Part shown: positions 49,201-62,471 of the stretch, one piece after another
Numbering within the stretch: position 1 is the stretch's first letter
How the letters are laid out: every line of letters begins with the position of its first letter
Source: Hyphochytrium catenoides
Lineage: Eukaryota > Protista > Hyphochytriomycota
Direction of reading: 5' to 3'
Assembly: GCA_900088475.1 (NCBI GenBank)
Contig: FLMG01004054.1
Span: 13,733-77,732, forward strand
Length of the DNA stretch: 64,000 nucleotides
The notes under the pieces: generated by a model
The model's database searches: none
Told to the model about the DNA's origin: nothing
Seen by the model: only the letters and a program-made list of their open reading frames with translations
Program-made: the position numbers and the translations under genes

Positions 49201-52200
49201 TATCTCGCTTGGAAGAGGGCCATAAAAGTGCAAGAGACATCCATCTGTTTCTCCTTCTCCTTACGCTTTGCAATACTGTAGTGCCCGAGCACAGTAAAGG
49301 CGCTGAGGAGGATCTACCTACTTCCTACCAGGCAGCCTCACCTGACGAGCTATGCCTTGTACAAGCTGCCAGGGTAAGACAGAGGAGCCAACAGCGTCTT
49401 ATTTATCTCGCTTTTTTATCTTTTCCCCTTGTCAACAGTCCTCCTTACATGGGCAGTCTCACGCTACTTCGTCTTAAAGCGCCATTCTTATCCATCCCTT
49501 ATTTGTTTTGCTCCTTCTCCTTTAGGACTTAGACTACATTTTGTTGAATCGGAGTGGAAAGCGCGTAAGGATACGTGTTTTGGGTAAGTCTGTCGCAAGA
49601 TCCGCCACTTTATGCTGAGGTCCCCACATCGATCTATTTTTTATCCCTTCTAAGCGTCAATATAACGCCCTAAGACACCTTCCTGTTCCTTTAGACGGTG
49701 GTGCTAACAAAATCTCTCATAGGCACGGAGCAGACATGGGAGGTCCTGAATGTGCTCGAATTTAGCAGTGATAGAAAACGAATGAGCGTCATTGTACAGA
49801 GCCCTGAAGGAAGGCTGCTGCTTTTTTGCAAGGGCGCAGATAGCGTCATCTTCCAAAGGCTCCATAGAGACTCCAGTCAAGCTGTCAAACAAGTTACCAA
49901 GGGTCACCTTTCTGACTATGCATGTGACGGTTTGAGGACGCTCTCTATGGCCTGGAAGGAGCTACAGCCAGCACACTACCATCAATGGAACGCCGAGTAT
50001 CACGCCGCGTCCACTGCTTTGGCTCATCGAGCAGAGAAAGTGGCCGAGGTGTCGGAGAGAATGGAGAGGGAGCTTTACCTCATTGGGGCCTCTGCCATAG
50101 AAGACCGCTTGCAGGATGGAGTCGCTGACACCATAAGTTCACTGAGGGAGGCAGGCATTAAGTTCTGGATTCTGACAGGTAACGCTGAAGGGCTTCATTG
50201 GGGCGCATGTATCAGTCAGAAATGCAGCTCGTTATCAGGGTAGTTCTAACTCATGTTTGGATTTCAGGAGACAAAAGAGAAACAGCGACTAGCATCGGTC
50301 TCTCGACTCAGACCATTACTGAGGATATGGAGATTCTCATCCTGAATGAGCACAAGAAAGATGAGCTTAGAGCGCGCCTGGAAAGATTGCATGAAGAGCT
50401 AGTGGGAGGAGACGAGGAGGAGTTTTTCCGCAGTGCAAGCTACCAATCTATGCTTTGGCGAGCACTAAAGAACCTCATTAAATACTTCTGGGGTCAGGTG
50501 TGGCTGGTGATGACGGGCAGAAAGAGCAAAACTCAGAAGTCAAAGCGGTAGGTCGTGGTCTGCATCCATATGTGGTTGCCGCAGTCTGTCCTGCCTTTTT
50601 GAAGCATTATCCAGTAGCCTATTTAAAGTTCAGAATTATGGCAGTGACATCAAGTTTGTTTATCACAGGGCTCGACCAAAGAGGACAGTGGAGCGACACA
50701 GAGAGCTTGATCGCAAGCAGTCAATGAATGGACGGAATGGCGTGGTTCGCATTGAAGCACCGCCTCGGATGAACTCTCGTCTGAACATCACTGTGGAAAG
50801 CCCTCCAGCCCAAGCTGAGATGAACCATGAGGCTGATTATGTCAATATTGAAGAGGTAGGACAACCGTGGACCTCTTGTCATACGATGTGCGCCGTAAGC
50901 CATTTGTGTGGAACGTGTCATCTGCGTTTGTTCACGTGATTTTTAGAAGAGTAGCTGATTTGATGTTGGCCCTTGGTATCGGCAAAGAGTTCCTGCTCAA
51001 GGTTCTGGAGTGCATTAGTCCGTTCTATTTCCACCCTTATCACGTCTTTCTGTTGACGTCAATATTGACTCTGTAGGTTTTGGAGGGCTCTGAGTTTGAG
51101 ATGCAGGACCTGGATGAGACCGATGACTCTGACATTCTAGAGGTGGAATACGGCATGGTCATCGACGGACCAACCTTAAAGCTTGCATTAGAGAGCGATG
51201 TAAAATACCTCTTCGCTTCCGTTGCACGTATCTGCAAATCAGTTATATGTTGCCGATGTAGCCCATCGCAGAAGGCGGCTGTGGTCTCACTAATTGCAGA
51301 ACCCGCCCTCGCCTACAGTGCTGGCAAGATTGCCCTTGCCATTGGGGACGGAGCAAACGATGTACCAATGATATGTGCAGCTAACGTCGGTGTTGGGATA
51401 AGCGGAAAGGAGGGAAGGCAGGCAGTGCTAAACAGCGACTTTGCTATAGCACAGTTCAGATATTTGAAGAGATTGCTGCTGGTGCATGGGAACTACAGCT
51501 ACAAGCGCATGGCCAAGCTCATTCTCTTCTCCATTTTCAAGAATGTGGCCCTTTGCTACTCTATCTTCTTCTATGCGAACCAAGACAAGTACAGCGGTCT
51601 CCTTCCCTACTTTGACGTGCTCTTCACCTTTTACAACGCCCTCTTCACCACTATTCCCATCGTGTTCGTCGCCATGTTGAATCAAGATATCAGACCTGAA
51701 GGGTTAGAGCAGTATCCTGCCCTGTACTCGAACGGATTGCTCAGTCGATCGTTCAATATTGCATCGTTTCTAGGTAGGACTCTAGAGCAAGACTGATAGC
51801 GGTCAAAGGAACAATAGGCTGATGCTGCTAGCTCTTTTACGTTTCCTTACTGCCCTCTTACTGACTGCAATCTGGACGCCGCTGCTTCCTAGAGGCCGTA
51901 GATATTCTGTCCTCCGCCCTTTTTGTTATCCAGAAACTAACATACGGTCATTTGCTCGATCCCGCTCTTTCAGGGTGGTTTTTGTTGGGCGTGTGGCATG
52001 CCTGGGTGATAAATATTGTGCCCTGGAGCGCAGAGAGCTATGACGTCACAAAGGCTTTTCCTGAAGGTGCTGTTGCAGCGTCGTCCGGTCTATGGGCGAC
52101 CGGTATCGCAGCTTATATCTGCCTGATAGCAGCCTCCACACTTCAGGTAGGTATTTCTTCACGCTATAAGCTTCCTGAGTAGCGCCAGCTCGCTTCAAAA

Positions 52201-53166
52201 GCCCTACCCCGCCCCTTTGTTGCAAAACTCTACCTTGACCGCATTAACCTTTGCATGTCCAATTCCTTTACTGGTGCTTTTAGTTTCTCTATCGTCTCTC
52301 TGCGTGCACTCTTCACCAGCGCGGAGATCTTCTCCATCGCGCTTCCGTACTGAGACAATGTCCCTGCTTCTCTTTGATGTTTCGGTCTCCTTTCACAGGT
52401 CTCTATCATGACGAGCAACTGGACAAAGTACAATGTTGCGGCCGTTTTTGGAGTCATGGTGATTCTCATTGCCATCCTGTGGCTTCTCTCCGTCATCTCC
52501 ATCTGGTTTCCTTCCGTCAACATCTTCAACTCTTACGCTGCATTGGGGTTGATGCAAGAGCTATTTAGTGAGCCTTGGTTTTGGCTATCAATCCTCTGCG
52601 CCAGCGTGATGGCTTGCCTCCCAAACTACATCCTAAAATGTAAGATAGCCTGCTGTTTCCCTCGACTCTCCCCAAGTTCTCGGAAAGGTCTGATGATGTC
52701 GAAGCATTGGTCGTACTCTGTTTGAAGCCATTCGTTCTCAAAGTCTTCATGGAGCCTCCTGGCACTTTCTCATGTTGTGCGTTACAGTCGTCCTCCCTCT
52801 TTTCTGGAGTGGCTTTATTATCGACTTCTTCGGTCCCTTCGACACGCAGCGAAGGTCGACATTACCCTTCGCCACCATCTGCACAGCTACGTCGCTATGA
52901 CCCTGATTGCGCTGACCTTCCGTTGCTCTGGCTTTCTCCTCCCAGCCTGGCGTGTGCTGTTTTACCCGGAGCCCTCCCACCTCATGAGCGAGTGGCAAGT
53001 AGCTCAAATCACTTCAGAGAAATATAAGAAGAAGAGCGAGCGGCCTGCTCCAGCGAGGCGCTCGCAAGACCGCTTGCGGGAGCTCGTCCGGGGCTTCGAG
53101 TTTTCCTACAACGGAGAGAAGAAAGAGGAAGTGACACCTTCGGGTCCGCAGTCACCAGAGGAGTGA
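46266..53166 (+). CDS. P4-type ATPase (phospholipid flippase) with an extra N-terminal membrane module (multi-exon)
   Basis: NSVITSKYT, ETASLDGETNLK, IPLSLYVTME, IFSDKTGTLTCNEM (phosphorylation site), YQAASPDE, EFSSDRKRMS, KGAD, IEDRLQDGV, WILTGDKRETA, CRCSPSQKA, AIGDGANDV and a C-terminal GFEFS (GFAFS-like). Confidence 0.95.
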
Positions 53167-53699
53167 CCGCGTGTCCCGATATTAAGTCGTCAGATGCCTA
53201 CCTCCGTCCTGGAAGTGGACTGTATGCCGAATCTCCTTTCTTTTCCTTGACTTGCTGTTCCTTCCTAAACGTTAACTCTCAAGTTTACAGAAGATCCCGA
53301 CCAGAAGCACATTCCCAGCCTGCTGTGCACTGCTTTTTCAAAAGTTATAAACGATAAAGGTCTTCATCTGTGGCATGATAATGGCCGACATCTCTAGAGA
53401 TCTAACTTAGAACTGGCTAGGTGAGTTGACATCTGGCTTCTATACCGTCAGCCGCAGCTTCTCTGCACCCTAGTGGTTGACCAGTAGGTGCTTCAGATTG
53501 GTAGCTGCACATGATGGTGAGGCTGATCGGAACAGTCAGCTTGCAAGCCCTAATATTATGACAGATATTCTATTTAGTTATTCCTCTTCTTGGCCGATCT
53601 AATTTTACTGCCAAGCAGGTCTATTTTCTATCTACAGCTGGTTTACATCCAAGGAAATTATGGCAGCTCCATCTTAGTCACTGCTTATCTTGGTGAGGC

Positions 53700-54964
53700 T
53701 TAGACGGGTTCACCCGATAGAGCGGTTGCCAGCTTCAAGACCCTCTGCAACTGCATCGACTCCTCAAAGTATTTCATCGCATCCTCCACAGTGGCGAGCT
53801 CCTCGTCACCGTCACTAAACGTGAGCAGGAACCCCTCGGCCCCATCTAAATCATCCGTGTACTCCTGTACTTTTCCGATAATCAGTCTGCGGCCGCTTTG
53901 CTTAAGGAAGGTGCGACCCACATTCTCTTTGGGCTGGGGTTGAGCTGTCCGAGCTTCACTGGTTAGGGCTAAGAAGGTGGAGATGGGGGCATCCAGTCTA
54001 AAGGAGGAAGGTTCCATAGACATCCAGATAAGCTTTTTCACTTCTGTTTCGTACAGACTCTCACTGTATCCAGTATTATAGACCACTGTGAAGCGGCTCT
54101 CTCGCTCTTTGAGCGACGAGGATGCATCGCTAAGCTCAATCTCTTTGGGCGGGGGTACTCGCTCTACAATTAACCCGTACACTATGGGAAAGCCGTGGTT
54201 CTTGATAATCTTTCCGACAAGCTTTTCTGACTCTTGGGGCGTCCCGTCTCTCTGTGCGATTTCATCCAGTACCCCGTAAAGCGTGTCCTTCATTTCTTGA
54301 ATGCTAGCCCGCAGCTGGTCAATCAGGATGCGCAGTTGTCCGTTGTTCTCCCTCCTCCTCGCCTCTCTCCAGTCATTGTCAGTCGGGTGATATTGTCCAT
54401 CTGCAGTGAAAACCTTGACAGAGGGCATGGTGGCAAGGCGACCCAGGGAAAACCGACAGTTATCTATGAGCCCATCACTCTTGGTAGGTCGTTTGGGAAC
54501 ATATCGCGACACCTTTCTCAGCTTGGGAGGCTTCAGCCAGAGCATGCTGCCTTCGAACTCGCTAGCGGCCTTGTCTGCTAAATACTTCTTGAGCTCATTC
54601 TCATACCGAAGCTCTTCAATGTGAGCCTTTGCGCGATAATCCTCCCGTACACTCATTGGAACCTTCTGCCATAGGGAGTGAATAAAGAAGTTGAACTTCG
54701 TGTTGCTTCCCATGCTTCGGGACTTGAATTCTGGGTTCTCATTGAAGATAGCGGCACGTCGGTCTCGGCAAAAGAGAGCGAATGCAGGAAGGGGAAGAAG
54801 TGGCTTCCTCAATTCTATTCCAGACAGAGCGCTGTGGTCTACACATTAGGTAACTTTAGTTCGTATTCTGAAACCAGACCTTTGTTAAGTATCAACTTAC
54901 CAGCGGCGCGGGCCATAGCTGGATGCGTCTGCTCAATGTGGGAATAACCTCGCTTCGTCGTCAT
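53700..54964 (-). CDS. HMG-box protein with coiled coil and two Tudor-like C-terminal modules
   Basis: KPLLPLPAFALFCRDRRAAI...LWQKVPMSVREDYRAKAHIEELRYENELKKY is an HMG box. A short first exon (MTTKRG...ARAA) joins via GCTG|GTAAGT...GTGTAG|ACCAC; the true start could lie further upstream. Confidence 0.8.
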
Positions 54965-56733
54965 ACCTCCTTTTTTGCGCTCTGTGGTCCTACCCAGACA
55001 GTAGAATCTACTTTTATATCTTGGCCCAGTCTGTCCCCTCAAGCAGGCGTATATCCCTGCACAAATCCTCTTCCCTAGGGCATACGAATAAAAAGCCAAT
55101 CGCTGGCCACTCGAAGGAAAGAAAGATGAAACTATCTGGCTCTTGCTTCTCTGTAGTCTTCTAGGGAAGGCAAATCGGACGGCGAAATCCCTCCTCGCGT
55201 AGGAACGTAGCAGATGGTAAAGGAGAAATTGCTGATCAACCCGGGTAAACGCGCTGCGGCCGTTGGCCAGGCGCTGTTTTGTGGTGCTATGGGCTGATGC
55301 CGCTCTATGGCGACGGCTGCTGATTGCTCCTCTTTCCAGGTGACGGTGTTGCTGCTGTTGCTGGCGGCCTACTGCTGCTGCTGCTGCTGCTGCTGCTGTG
55401 GCTTTGAGGAGATTCTCTCCACGCATTGAGTCTGGCAGCAGCGGCCAAGCTGTCCGCAGCAGGAGGCGGAGACCGAAGACAGAGAGACGCAGACAGTCCA
55501 GGCTCACAAAGATCTGCATAATATTGTGTACAGTAAGATAACCTAGGGCAGATTCGTAATGGCAGTTGGCAGTATCACTGATAGTCGGTTCCATAAGACG
55601 GAGACAGCCAGCGTGACTTCAGGACAAATGCACATACCGCAGTTATTCTGCATACAGTCTACATGTACGATGTCCTTTGGTGCTGTTTGTACGTGTACCG
55701 TGAACGTGTCAGTACGGCGCTGTACACACCTCCCAGCGCGACAACCGTTTCACCGTCTCGTCCAAGGGGCAGCAGGAGAGAGAGAGAGAGATGATGACAG
55801 AAGAGGAGAAAGAAGAAGAAGAAGACCACGCAGCACCGCCCGCCGTCTGCCGCCCTGCCCACCACCTGCCGCTGCTGCAGCTACTGCATCCTTCTTCCTC
55901 CTCCTCCTCCTACCTCCGCGTCGTCTTCTTTCCTTCTCGCTCGTCGTCGTTCAGCAGGAGGAGCCCAGACGCGCATCCTCCTCCTAGCGCTACTACTGCG
56001 TAACAGCAAGAAAGAGGAGATTTGTTGAATTGTTCGTTGCTAAAAATGGAAGACTTGCAGCTACCGGCTCGCTCTCTTTTTCTTATACTAACATAGCAGG
56101 CGACGGGCGGCGACGTGCGAAAGGGCAGACATTAGCGGCCTATTAGATGCTCATTCTAGCTCCAGCACCTTCTTAGCAGTCGTCGTCGGTACTTCTAACA
56201 CTATTGCGATGATGTGTGTCACAATCAATAATAAATAAAGCGGGGGCCGCTGTCTTGTCCTCCTAGAGAGTGATGATGATGCTGGTGGCGAGTATGACAG
56301 TGGAGTTAGATAGGTACCACCTTAACGGGAAACTACTATGATCTGTCCTGGCAAAGACTATGTTTAGTATGACCTTGGTCTGTGAACTAGAGTGCGCTGC
56401 CGCCGTTTGGTACACTCTTGCTATCACGAGACAACTACTACCATATCTAACGACTGCGCACACACTAGCAGGTAGATTGCCCAGAATCTATAAGTAAGCA
56501 GAGTGCTGCAGTCACTTCATCTCCACGCTTTTAATGGCGACGACTTGGGCCGTCCACAAATCTTCCCTCATCATCATTGGTGTACCAGCTGTGCTGCTGC
56601 TTCCAACAACAACGTCGATGGACGAGGGTCGGCACAATCGAAGCTGAGGATAGAGTGGTCATTCAACCAGAGATGACGGTGCAGTATATAAAAGAACGCC
56701 ACAGTGCTTCTTTGTTGAACGTGCTAGGTCGTG

Positions 56734-59700
56734 CTACTCCTTTGGGGTACTGACGCCAACTAAAGGAGCAGCAGGGGCTCCATACCATCCGGTTCTGGTA
56801 TGAGGTGGGACGTTATTCCGCCTGAATATTTTGACCCCAGAACCAGGGCTACCAAGCTGTACGCCGACTGTAACTACCAGCGAAATATCCTCCGGCGGAA
56901 GGCGCACAGCGTTAACCAACCCATTTCGGTCACTTTTATCTTCCGCTACATAAAATTCCCCTGTTGAGTCTTCATAGTAACAAATCTCGGCATGAAGAGC
57001 GTTCAGGAGAATTCCTGCTGGGAAAGCTACTTTGCGCGAGCTTCTATCAATAACAACGAACTTTGCTGGACTTGATACGGTGGCTGCGGGTACTGACAGG
57101 GGCCTACTGGGAATCTCAGGCGGCAGAGCAGACGCGGAGAGAAGGTAGTTGGTGGAAGACTGGTCTGCTCCACCATCCTCCTGCTTTATCAGCGGTTCCT
57201 CCGCTGGCCTCAGTGTGGCGTTCTTATCCTTAAACTTCGTATTATCCTCATCATCCGTCTTACTTGGGGAGGAGCTTGTCAGCAGCTGGTCAATCCTCTT
57301 CCAACCTTCCATTTCGGAAGGAGGAAGATTAGCCCTAAGGTCAGCGTTAATAAGTGCCATTAGATGGAGTCCCTTTTCCTTGTGGCTGTAGTCTGCTGGC
57401 GCGTTGGACAAATCGAGACCAAGAGCATCTGCGGCGTCGAAAAGACTAGTTGCCCTCGACATATGGGAGCGCCGGAGTCGTGGAGGTGGGCTGTCTTTCA
57501 TCGCCTCCCCAATGACGTGCAAGATAACAATCATTACAAGCAGAGCCGGATCAATCACAATGTCGGCGACATCATTCTCAAATGCCACAACAAGTGCGCC
57601 GGCAATTGTTGGAAGAATCAAACAGATCCCAAGAAAGGCACGCACCCACCGCTCCCAACGCCTGAAGATATTGTACTTAATGCGGTCACCGGTGGCCGTT
57701 AGAACAGTCGCGATTGAAAGGTTGGCCAGTAGGGTCGAAAAAGACACGAGGTCCGTCTGCATGACCCCTTGTAAGTCCATCATGAAGCGATATACCTCGT
57801 CCACGCCGTCTTCAGTACATTGCAAATCTGGCCGTAGTGCTGTCACAAGCCGGCATGCTGCTGGCAAGATCAATACGAGCCGCTCAAGGGCCGACAGCTG
57901 TGCATACACTTCTTCACCCACCTCTAACTGACTAAGATAATAGTCGTCCTTGGGTAGGAGGCCAGCACGAGCCAACTTCCAGGCTGGCACTGCGCGGTAG
58001 AGAATCTTGTTGATAACATGCCAGACGACATAGAGTGATAGAACGTTACCAACGATAAGCAGTCCGTTGTAAAAGCTCTCTGTATGTCCACGAGTACATT
58101 GAATCTGCGAGGAAGGCGAGTATGAAGGGAGTGACCGACAAACTGATTTGACATCGCAAGAGCTAACCCAGGATGACAGAAATGCCGAGCCTTGTAGAGG
58201 AGAAGAGGCGGATGCTGAGGTGTTATCTAACGCCTGGTACACTCTTTGGTCGTATTCAGCGAGAGCAGCTTGGAGGTGGCGACCCGTAAGACCAGCAGCG
58301 CAAACGAAGGGGATGTCGACGCCAACAGAAGTAATGGTACCCGTGAGTTTCAGCAAAAGGAAGCGCTTACCTCCATCCAAGACTGCTGGTTCCATGCCAA
58401 AAGAAGGTTGGGAAGCTGAGGGGTAGGAAGAGGAAGCCAGAAGGAATGCTGGGGCTTGGTTGAGGTCCTTGAGCTCAGTCTTTGATTTACAGAACCATGA
58501 ACTCATGCGAGGAGCGACGGCAAAGACGGCATCTACGGCAGCAGCATTCTTCAATGGCTGGGCAGCAGAGGCGTCAGTCTGGGAAAAGGAGTAGAAGCCT
58601 TCCTGTGTGGTCGTGTGGTAGCGGAAGGCCTCGCTATAATTAGTCCATTGCGCCATATGAGGTCCCTGTAGCTGTACACATATCCGCACCTCAACTGTCT
58701 CAGAGCCTGCGACGCTGTTATTGGACGATGCAGCCAGGGCTACTCTACCCACAGAACAACTGGAAAGAGAGTTCTCGGCAGCTGCTTTGCTCAACAGCAA
58801 ACTGATGTCACTCATCCCGTTGAGGCCTGAACGAGAAGTTACCGTTGAGGGCTGGGAGGAAGAAGGGAAAGTCCATTTAGCTTCCTTTACCACCCGACTT
58901 AGCGCAAAGTCACCCAGAGTTATAGCGCCGTTGTCGCTGTTGCTTGATGTGAAGGAAGACTTGAAAAGTGCCCTACGCCCGCTGTAACGCGCGGGCTTGT
59001 AGAGCTTGCTGGCGATCTTCATGTGGACCGCAGCCTCCGAAGAGGCAGAGTACCATTGGCAAATGCTGGCAGCATAGCCTGCCGCAGCAGGCACTGTACA
59101 GGTGTTGAGGCCTAGCGCCGATTTGCCCGGAATGTATGTGTCAAATCTTGCCATTGACATGAGGACACCGCGGCTAAGGAGGTGCAGGCTTTCAGGAATC
59201 TGTGCAGCACCTACGAGTCTTGTACTCGGTTGGGGCGCTTGTTCCTTCAGTTTCCACCTTGGTCGACAAATCTGCCTGAGTGTGAGATAAGGCGCTAGAG
59301 ACTATGATCTTCAGCCTTCGAATAGCCTCTGCGTACCGCTCGGCCTCTCCCCCTGCAGTCTCGTTGACTCCATCCGAGAAGGAAACGCTGCTGTCGTACA
59401 CCGCTGCTCATGGTGTTGCTCTTGCGACTCTACTTTGGGTAATTGATGCCCAGATAAAGGAGGAGGCACCCACGTTGACCTCTAAAAATCTGCTGCTGCC
59501 TAGCCATGTGTCCGCGATACCCAGGCCCATCGTGTTCGCTGGCAGAGAGAGAGGAAGAGTGAAAGCTTTGGTGTAAAGAGCGTCAGAAATGTCTCCGACC
59601 TTCACCTTCGAAAAAGATCTAATGGAAAGTGACGGGCCAGCAAAGCGGAGGAGCAGGCCGTTGGAGGCATCGGCCTGCAAGCTCTCTAAGTATCCATCAA

Positions 59701-60841
59701 GCAAAAGAACTGCTTGACGCACCCGATCCTCTATTCTCAATTGTCCCCACTTTGCTGCTACGGAGCCGGGCAGCAGAGATCGCCCCGCTGTGGACAGATA
59801 GGAGTACGCTTGCGCCAAACCTCCTCCTTGCTCGCACCAGGCCCGGAGGGTACCCATTGCAGCCTCAGCGTCTGTCAGAAAGTTGGCAGATGATGAAAAG
59901 CCAGGGACTTGCAATAGGGACAGTCTCACATCCAAGATGAGCGCCTCGCACGATGTGAAATTGGAGACCAAGAGTGAGAGACAGTAAGCGCAGCTCATTA
60001 TTGATCTTTGGTTAGGAAGAAGAGGCTCTTCTTCCTCTATTAAGAGCTCCTTCCGCCCCATAGTGTAAGTTCCCATTACTCCCGATGTTCCGTTGATAAA
60101 CCATGGATCTGATGTGAAATCCTCTAGAGATTCTTGGATGATCGCATTCACCCCTGCGATCCGCTGCTGCTGAAAGGCACTCCCAGAATTCAGCAGCTCA
60201 AAGTAGTCCTGGCTACCAGGCAGGCTGTAGCTCGCAAAGGACTCTATTCGTCCTTCTTCGGGGAAGGAAAGGAGACCATTCGAACCGATATAGTAACCTG
60301 CCCGTGCCTGCAAAGCTGGCACGACGACTAAGCGCAAGTAAGTATCCTCCTCTGTTAGTAAGCAGTAGCCCACACCCAACCTTATGTCGGAGCCGCTGCT
60401 GCTGCTGCTAGTGCTGCTGTTTTGCCAGTATTCCTCGGTAAATCCCAGGAAAGAAGAAGGTCCACCCAGGAAGTATTCCTTATCGGTACACTCAGTCTTC
60501 GTTAATGCTCTTCGAAGCCCACCGATGCGAATATCACCGTCCGTGGAGTAAAGGAACAGCTGGCCTTGGACCGCTAGGTTATCATCTTCCTCATCTCCTT
60601 CAACAAGGAGCTCCCCTTCGTCACTCTCAATGAAGGACTGGTTCACACCTGCCATGACAGGTGGTGAGGAGGAGGGCCTTGAAGAAGAGTGTTGATTGAT
60701 CACTATCAGTCCTCCTCTCACTTCGGCGTCAATTGTGAAGAGGAACCAGTTCTTCACAGGCCCCAGGACCGCCCATAGATTTGCCCCAACAATGAAGAGC
60801 TCCAGGGAGAGGATAGTAAGTGCAGAACGCCGCTTCCTCAT
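56734..60841 (-). CDS. Large membrane protein (N-terminal TM, long luminal region, C-terminal multi-TM), split across two long ORFs; one intron or pseudogene
   Basis: The 508-aa and 808-aa ORFs have continuous protein-like composition, N-glycosylation sequons and hydrophobic segments at both ends. They can be joined by a phase-1 GT-AG intron at 59295-59433 (~1322 aa). Confidence 0.65.
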
Positions 60842-62272
60842 CGTTACTTTCTGTACTAAGACGACTTTAGGTTGGATAATAGGAGAGGTTATAGCGGCTG
60901 CTGCTGCGGCAAGGAAGTTGATATCATGAGACAAGTAGCGCTCTTCTGATCTTTGGATGCTTGTTGACTGCTTCTAGGCTATTTGTTTGGCTGCTGCTGC
61001 GGCGTCGCAGAATGATTGTAGTGAGTCAAAAGGCGAAGACTTTGCTCGAATCGCCGTTATTTATTGTTCACAACCTTGATACAAAGATAGCGCTGCCTAG
61101 GAGGAAGAAACGAGAATTGTGGTTCGTTAGTCTCTCTGCTTCCACCGTCCCAGTGGTTGTCGCCTGTGTGTTTTTTGTGGAGCTTTAAGCCGTCATGCTA
61201 AAGATAGGAGAATGACGGCCACTAGCTCTTTCTTCCATAGTCACCTAGCAGGTTATGGAATACGTACTACATCACAGTCACCACGATACTTCCAGAGCGG
61301 TCCTTCCTTGCTTATGTGATGAGCGGATGGAGCGATGCTGCGGCTACTACTGTCTGTGCAGAGAAGCGCAAGGCATCGTAACCGGGGTCTTGCCTCGTCC
61401 AACGGGATCAACGGGAAAGGAGAAGAGGGTGAGAAAGAAAGAAGCAACCAGAAGGGCCTAACAAGAGGGCTTGGACGTCCAAACAGCAGCAGATATGATG
61501 ACGCCAAGAGGAAGGGCAACAATGAAGAAGAAGAAGAAGAAGAAGAGCAACTAACAAAGAGGAGGAGGCGAAGAAGATCGAGAGTCTGGCAGCAGCTACT
61601 TACTGGAGAGGAAGGCGCTGAGAGCAGTTTGAGGAGGACGTGGGGACCTCCTCAGGGGGAAAGAAGGGGAGACTGCTGATAGCACGGAGGACGGAGAGCG
61701 TGTTATTAGTGATGCACCAACCCCAAGGAAGGAGGAGGAGGAGGAGAGGGAAGGTCAACCCAAGAGTCGCCCGTCCCAGCAACAGCTTCACAGAAACTGC
61801 CGTCCAGTGGGTGGGGCATGACTGTGATGTCAGCTCGTTTTATACAAATAACCGGAGTTACTGGTTGAAGGGCATGGGCCACCCAGACCCACCCATCCTT
61901 GGCTTCTACAGGCATGACCATGAGCAGTAGTAATATAACTAAGGGTAGGGACATTCCTATGTGTGTGTTTGCTAAAACTCACCATTAAGTTTCATAGTAG
62001 TATGCCTCTGAATGGTGGATTTGTTAAGTCACTCCAGGCGTAAGTGTAGTACTTATACTTATTTTGTAAAAGTGTGGTGGAGTCTATTAGCTGAAGGTTA
62101 CCAAGTATGGTCTATTAGCAGCTGGTTACTAAGTATTGTAAGTATCAAGCACGGAACGAGCATGAAACGGACATCACGGTGAAGATCAAGTGCCTGGCGC
62201 TGGACCTAACGCTCCTCGCCATCTGGAGCTGGCAAATGATCAACAATGGGCTGGGGACTCCAGGGAACGAGG

Positions 62273-62471
62273 GCTTGTTCCCTGACAGTGGACAGACTCT
62301 GCAATAGAAGCCTGTCGCTCCTCCGGCTAAACGCCCTTCCCATCGCCCTACTCCTTCTGCCACTTGACCTTGAGTGCTTGTTCCCTGACAGTGGACAGAC
62401 TCTGCAATAGAAGCCTGTCGCTCCTCCGGCTAAACACCCCTTCCCATCATCGCCCTACTCCTTCTGCCACT
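62273..62471. repeat. Tandem duplication of a ~100-bp unit
   Basis: GCTTGTTCCCTGACAGTGGACAGACTCTGCAATAGAAGCCTGTCGCTCCTCCGGCTAAAC occurs at 62273 and 62376. Confidence 0.92.

Noticed and set aside
54965-56003. Long ORFs 54839-55594 and 55559-55987
   Set aside because: Driven by (GCT)n and (GAA)n simple repeats; only the last ~20 codons of the first fit as an exon of the HMG gene.
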